Positions 7,133-10,455 of a DNA stretch of 10,455 nt are shown in pieces. The stretch is from Candidatus Bathyarchaeia archaeon. GTDB taxonomy: Archaea > Thermoproteota > Bathyarchaeia > Bathyarchaeales > Bathycorpusculaceae. A program made the position numbers and the translations under genes. Each line of letters opens with the position of its first letter. Position 1 is the stretch's first letter. The notes beneath the pieces are model-generated. The model was not told where the DNA came from and made no database searches. It worked only from the letters and a program-made list of their open reading frames with translations. The stretch spans positions 1-10,455 of the forward strand of contig JBEKGO010000060.1 of assembly GCA_050012755.1 (NCBI GenBank). Reading direction: 5' to 3'.

Positions 7133-7343
7133 ATGCCAAATGGAGATATCACCCGCTTACCCTTTTTTTATTTTCTTCACCCCAGACTTTCCATCATTTT
7201 GGGCTTCCATGCCTAGTGGTGGATTTTCGTAGCTGCGTCAGCAGTACCTTCGCTATTATCCTTTCTGGGATAATCCGTTGTGGTTTCTCTTTTCATGCAA
7301 CACCAAATAACTCGGGGGAGGCGAGAAATCTTGGGATTTCTCG

Positions 7344-8408
7344 TCACTTACGGTGAAGCTCAAGGGAGTGGTTGAGAATTCTGTCGTTTATCATTTCCCA
7401 AAGTTCAATTTCCTCTATTGGCCTAAATCCAGAACAGAAGCGTTCCTTGGCAATCTCATAAATAGCCTGATTAATGGGCATCGGGACTCCTGATCTATGG
7501 GCCAAGCCTAGCATATAGCCGTTCAACGACTCTAGTTCCGTATTTGTCTTCCCACAAAAAACGTCCTGTGTCATGCTAGTCGGTCCTACTCTGTTAACAA
7601 TAAAGTCATGAAGTGGATTTGTCGGTGATTCTGGATTGTTAACAGCAGTTCGTATTTCGGTCCACGAAGGCATGACACCAAGACGATGCTCCTTAAAGCC
7701 TGCTGCTTGGAGGACGTTAACCCCCTCCTCCAGTAACCTAGTTGTGATGTGCACGAGAATCTTTTCAGATTCAATGGAGCGTTTTCGAAATCCAACTAAC
7801 GCCATTTCCGCGTTTATGAGGTTGATTGCCAGTTTGCAGTGAACTGCATCTTGCAGACGGTCCGTCACGACGCAGGTTAATCCTGGATTTAGGACGTTTG
7901 CAACACTTTGAAGTTCAAGTTGTAGCTCCCTCTTCAGAGCCCCAATAATTACGTGCCCACGTTTTACGTAAGAGACTTTTGACGCGCCCTCGCGCCATGC
8001 ATTATAGCATATCACCCCAAATGTGGGTTTAGAAAAATATTTTGGCAGTATCCGCTGGTTTTCGACTCCATTTTGGAGACCCGCAATAATTGGCTGTCGA
8101 TTCCCAAGCTGTCGCCTGAGTGCCTGTGCTGTTTGGTCCAAGTCATAGTTTTTAACGGTGATTATTATAATGTCAGGAGACGGTATTTCCTCCAAGGATT
8201 CAATTAGGTTCACTCGTATTGAAGGGACAGTCTCTTTGTCTGTTTGGTGAAGCTGTATGCCGTGGCTTCTAATTTCTGGAACACTGTTGCCTCTAGCGAG
8301 CAAGAACAAATCTCTATTTTGAGGGGAAATCCAGCCTGTTAAGCTCAAACCTATTGCGCCTGCCCCAACGACAACAATGACAGGTGTATTTTCCAAAGCG
8401 TCCCGCAC
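7344..8408 (-). CDS. panE: Ketopantoate reductase (PanE/ApbA) family oxidoreductase
   Basis: VVGAGAIG Rossmann motif, 'TVKNYD', 'LQNGV', catalytic-type 'KLAINLIN', and 'SMTQD...TELESLNG'. Substrate cannot be established from sequence. Confidence 0.88.
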   Translation of the reverse strand: MRDALENTPVIVVVGAGAIGLSLTGWISPQNRDLFLLARGNSVPEIRSHGIQLHQTDKETVPSIRVNLIESLEEIPSPDIIIITVKNYDLDQTAQALRRQLGNRQPIIAGLQNGVENQRILPKYFSKPTFGVICYNAWREGASKVSYVKRGHVIIGALKRELQLELQSVANVLNPGLTCVVTDRLQDAVHCKLAINLINAEMALVGFRKRSIESEKILVHITTRLLEEGVNVLQAAGFKEHRLGVMPSWTEIRTAVNNPESPTNPLHDFIVNRVGPTSMTQDVFCGKTNTELESLNGYMLGLAHRSGVPMPINQAIYEIAKERFCSGFRPIEEIELWEMINDRILNHSLELHRK

Positions 8409-8496
8409 CTCGCCATTCTAAATCTCTTGGCAACGTAAATCCTTAGGCGAACGCGCCACATATAGCTTACCGGGAATCACGGCAAACAATGTTGAA

Positions 8497-8517
8497 GTGG
8501 ACCTGGGGGATTTGAGC
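8497..8517 (-). other. Second degenerate tRNA 3'-end-like sequence
   Basis: Minus strand reads GCTCAAATCCCCCAGGTCCAC. Shares TGGACC-N4-6-GGATTTGA (+ strand) with 7109-7128. Confidence 0.35.
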
Positions 8518-8536
8518 GCGCCGCGGAAGAATCTAT

Positions 8537-8785
8537 TTAAAAATGTTCTAGGACTTTCCCTTCCATCTGAATCAAAGTCAAAGTTGACCGAACTTGGTCA
8601 ATTGTGCGAACTTGATGTGAAACTGAAGTTTTCAGCTCTTCCAGAGTGTCTGCCTTGACACGTACAACCAAATCGTATACACCGTAGGAAACGTAAGCTT
8701 CTTCGACGTTATTCATTTTCCTAAGCTCTTTTAAAACATTATCTTCAGAGCCCGGCTCAACATTAATCAACATATACGCTCGCAC
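8537..8785 (-). CDS. Stand-alone Lrp/AsnC ligand-binding (RAM) domain protein
   Basis: 'AYMLINVEPG.E..V...L....VEEAYVSYGVYDLVVRV...VRSTLTLI'. No HTH. GTG at 8785 follows an AGGTG SD. Confidence 0.9.
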   Translation of the reverse strand: MRAYMLINVEPGSEDNVLKELRKMNNVEEAYVSYGVYDLVVRVKADTLEELKTSVSHQVRTIDQVRSTLTLIQMEGKVLEHF

Positions 8786-8983
8786 ACTCAAACACCTATT
8801 TTTCAATAATTATAAAGGTAATTAAATAGTTTGAGATAAAACAGTTTTATAGATAACTGTTGAACGAATCAAGCTAATGCTGTGTCTAATAAGAATTTGA
8901 AATGCAATCGCGCGCAAACAGCGATTATGCTGGGATCCGTTCGGGCGAAAATTGCTTTATTGTTTACTGTTTTTGAGACAGGT

Positions 8984-9427
8984 TTAATTGGTTTCGATTT
9001 TTTTGAGAAATTCTTTCACTGATACAATCTGCGTTTTTTTGTAGCAGCCTACTTTGAGAAGATGCTTGTCGCCACTAACAATGTAGTCTGCTCCAGCCGC
9101 CAAGGCGCATTCCACAAATTTATTATCTGCCGAATGTTCCCGCACAACATCAAGTTTTTTTGTAACTTTAACGAATTTTGCAATTCTCAATACTGTTTGA
9201 ATCAAAGTTTCCCTGCTTAATTCAACAGCTTGGTAAATGCTTCTAATTTTAGGATAAGCCAAAACTCGGCTAATCTCGGCAACAATTTCTTCGGAGACAA
9301 AAATAACTACTCGGTTTTGTTCAGCTGCTTTTATGATTTCTGCAGGTTTGCCGCCCCAAAGAAAAGCTGAAATCCAAACGTTTGTGTCAAGAACTACTTT
9401 CGGCTCTTGCTTCGTCAACGAGGGCAC
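8984..9427 (-). CDS. PIN-domain toxin (VapC-like, PIN_3 type)
   Basis: 'VVLDTNVWISA', 'EI.RVL', 'DNKFVECAL...ADYIVSGDKHLL'. The start (GTG 9427 or TTG 9418) overlaps the antitoxin 3' end. Confidence 0.93.
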   Translation of the reverse strand: MPSLTKQEPKVVLDTNVWISAFLWGGKPAEIIKAAEQNRVVIFVSEEIVAEISRVLAYPKIRSIYQAVELSRETLIQTVLRIAKFVKVTKKLDVVREHSADNKFVECALAAGADYIVSGDKHLLKVGCYKKTQIVSVKEFLKKIETN

Positions 9428-9656
9428 TTATGTCTTCCTCCGACAGACCCATCTGTCTAACTTTTGCCCACACCGGCTTCATAGTTTCTTCAAAGGATTT
9501 ATCAATTATTTTTTTAAGAACAATCATGTCGTCAATAGCTATGGCCAAAATCTTCTCGCCCTTCCTAAGGTTGGCGGCCTTTCGCACATTCGCGGGGATA
9601 ACCACTTGCCCTTTAGACGAAACTTTGGTTGTAGACGCCTCCACCATTATCATCAT
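9387..9656 (-). CDS. AbrB/MazE/SpoVT-family antitoxin
   Basis: 'TKVSSKGQVVIPANVRKAANLRKGEKI' swapped-hairpin signature, directly upstream of the PIN gene. Start could be ATG 9656, 9653 or 9647. Confidence 0.92.
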   Translation of the reverse strand: MMIMVEASTTKVSSKGQVVIPANVRKAANLRKGEKILAIAIDDMIVLKKIIDKSFEETMKPVWAKVRQMGLSEEDISALVDEARAESSS

Positions 9657-9663
9657 CAACAAG

Positions 9664-9687
9664 AAGTAAGAACATTCTTACTTAAAA
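9664..9687 (-). promoter_or_regulatory. Palindromic operator overlapping the putative TATA box of the toxin-antitoxin operon
   Basis: AAGTAAGAA-CA-TTCTTACTT is a perfect 9-bp inverted repeat (9664-9683). Minus-strand TTTTAAGT at 9687-9680 starts about 30 nt upstream of the ATG. Confidence 0.75.
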
Positions 9688-9918
9688 CACTTCTCTCTTC
9701 TAAAATAAAATCAACAACTCTTCTTCAAGCAAAAAATGGAAAAATAAGGAGCTAAAAACAAAAGGTTTTACCATTCGTCTCTTTTGCTATCTGACTCTTT
9801 TTTGTTGGTTTCTTCAATTTCACGGTAAATACTTTTGTCTGCCTTGGAAACCACCGCTAAAGAGGGTTCTCCAAAGCTCTTCACAACTGGAATTCCTATC
9901 AGTCTGGACTCACGTTGA

Positions 9919-10455
9919 TTTTGTTCAGGTTGTTTTAGATTGCTTTTTTGATTTAAGATTTGAATTGGTTGCAGGCTGCGTACAAAAAAGCAAATAAAAG
10001 CAAAAGCACGCAAACAGAAGCAAAAGCAAGCAAACCTACGCAAACCTAAGCAAAACCAACTACACTTTTTGTTCTTTAGAGTTCAAGTTGCTTTTCTGCT
10101 TAAAAGCTTGATTTCCTTGCAGGCTGCGGCTCCACGCGTCTCTGTGCGTCTCCTCCCGTCTCTACCCGTCTCGCTGCGTCTCCCTGCGTCCCGAAACGTC
10201 CCTATAGAATAAGTTATTGACGGGTTTTTGTGCAGGTTTTGTTCTTTGTGTTTTGGGTTGCTTTTTTGGTTTAGGGTTTGCAATGTTTGCAGGTTGCGTG
10301 TTTATTTGTGTGAATTTGAGCTGAAATGTGTCCAATTGTGTTAAAATGTGTTTATATGTGTAATTCTGTGTGGAAATGCGCGAAAACGGGGCGATTATTA
10401 TAAGGTTTCTGCACAAGACTTTGTCCTCTGTACATTGGGTTGCTTTTTTGGTTCA
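9919..10455. repeat. Composite phased-repeat locus B: 60-bp boxes at 9919, 10067, 10237 and 10419 (truncated), separated by 10-bp-period arrays of GCAAA, CGTCTC and TGTGT
   Basis: Boxes align without gaps to TTTTGTTC-N13-TTGCTTTTYTG-N9-TTG-N6-TTGCAGGYTG. Array motifs fall at exact 10-nt intervals. Confidence 0.93.

Noticed and set aside
7090-7200. Intact tRNA gene
   Set aside because: Only a T-loop-like and 3'-end-like piece with a poorly pairing T-stem. No D-arm, anticodon arm or 5' acceptor strand.
2088-7216. ORFs 2088..2297, 2782..3024, 3716..3925, 4779..5009, 7016..7216
   Set aside because: No motifs or convincing SD. Several overlap better Cys-motif microprotein frames.
1566-9755. Shadow ORFs 1566..1883, 2360..2581, 3340..3666, 5486..5827, 7586..7795, 7636..7842, 9333..9755, 9382..9669
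   Set aside because: They overlap well-supported genes antisense or out of frame and show no recognisable motifs.
9768-10416. Track ORFs 9768..10043, 10083..10283 and 10162..10416 as real genes
   Set aside because: They translate the box (QKSN.K..EQN recurs) and 10-bp-period arrays. The period is not a multiple of 3 and the frame is not conserved between copies.
9919-10455. CRISPR array
   Set aside because: Repeats are 60 bp and diverged, spacers are 88-122 nt and internally periodic, and there are no cas genes in the window.

Overview
AT-rich archaeal window. Alba, RpoP/Rpo12, a Cren7-like protein, a stand-alone Lrp/AsnC domain and GGAGGTGA Shine-Dalgarno sites indicate archaea; Bathyarchaeia is my best guess, by inference only. 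It looks like an accessory region of small genes: several zinc-ribbon microproteins (some missed by the ORF track), an OB-fold SSB/RPA-like protein, a cupin, rpoP, alba, a Gly-rich membrane protein, a ketopantoate-reductase-family enzyme and an AbrB/PIN (VapBC-like) toxin-antitoxin pair with a perfect palindromic operator. The most striking feature is non-coding. Two loci (about 6081-6500 and 9919-10455) consist of a conserved 60-bp box alternating with arrays of 8-12 units at an exact 10-bp period. Each array carries its own motif (GCAAA, CGTCTC, TGTGT, or a weaker G/T..AA pattern), and the bases between motifs vary freely. I do not recognise this as CRISPR, a microsatellite or coding sequence. 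It suggests a modular, helically phased protein-binding or DNA-wrapping element. Also present are a dispersed CACACAAGATTAAAATT repeat (3 copies, one in a hairpin) and two degenerate tRNA-3'-like motifs flanking the reductase gene.
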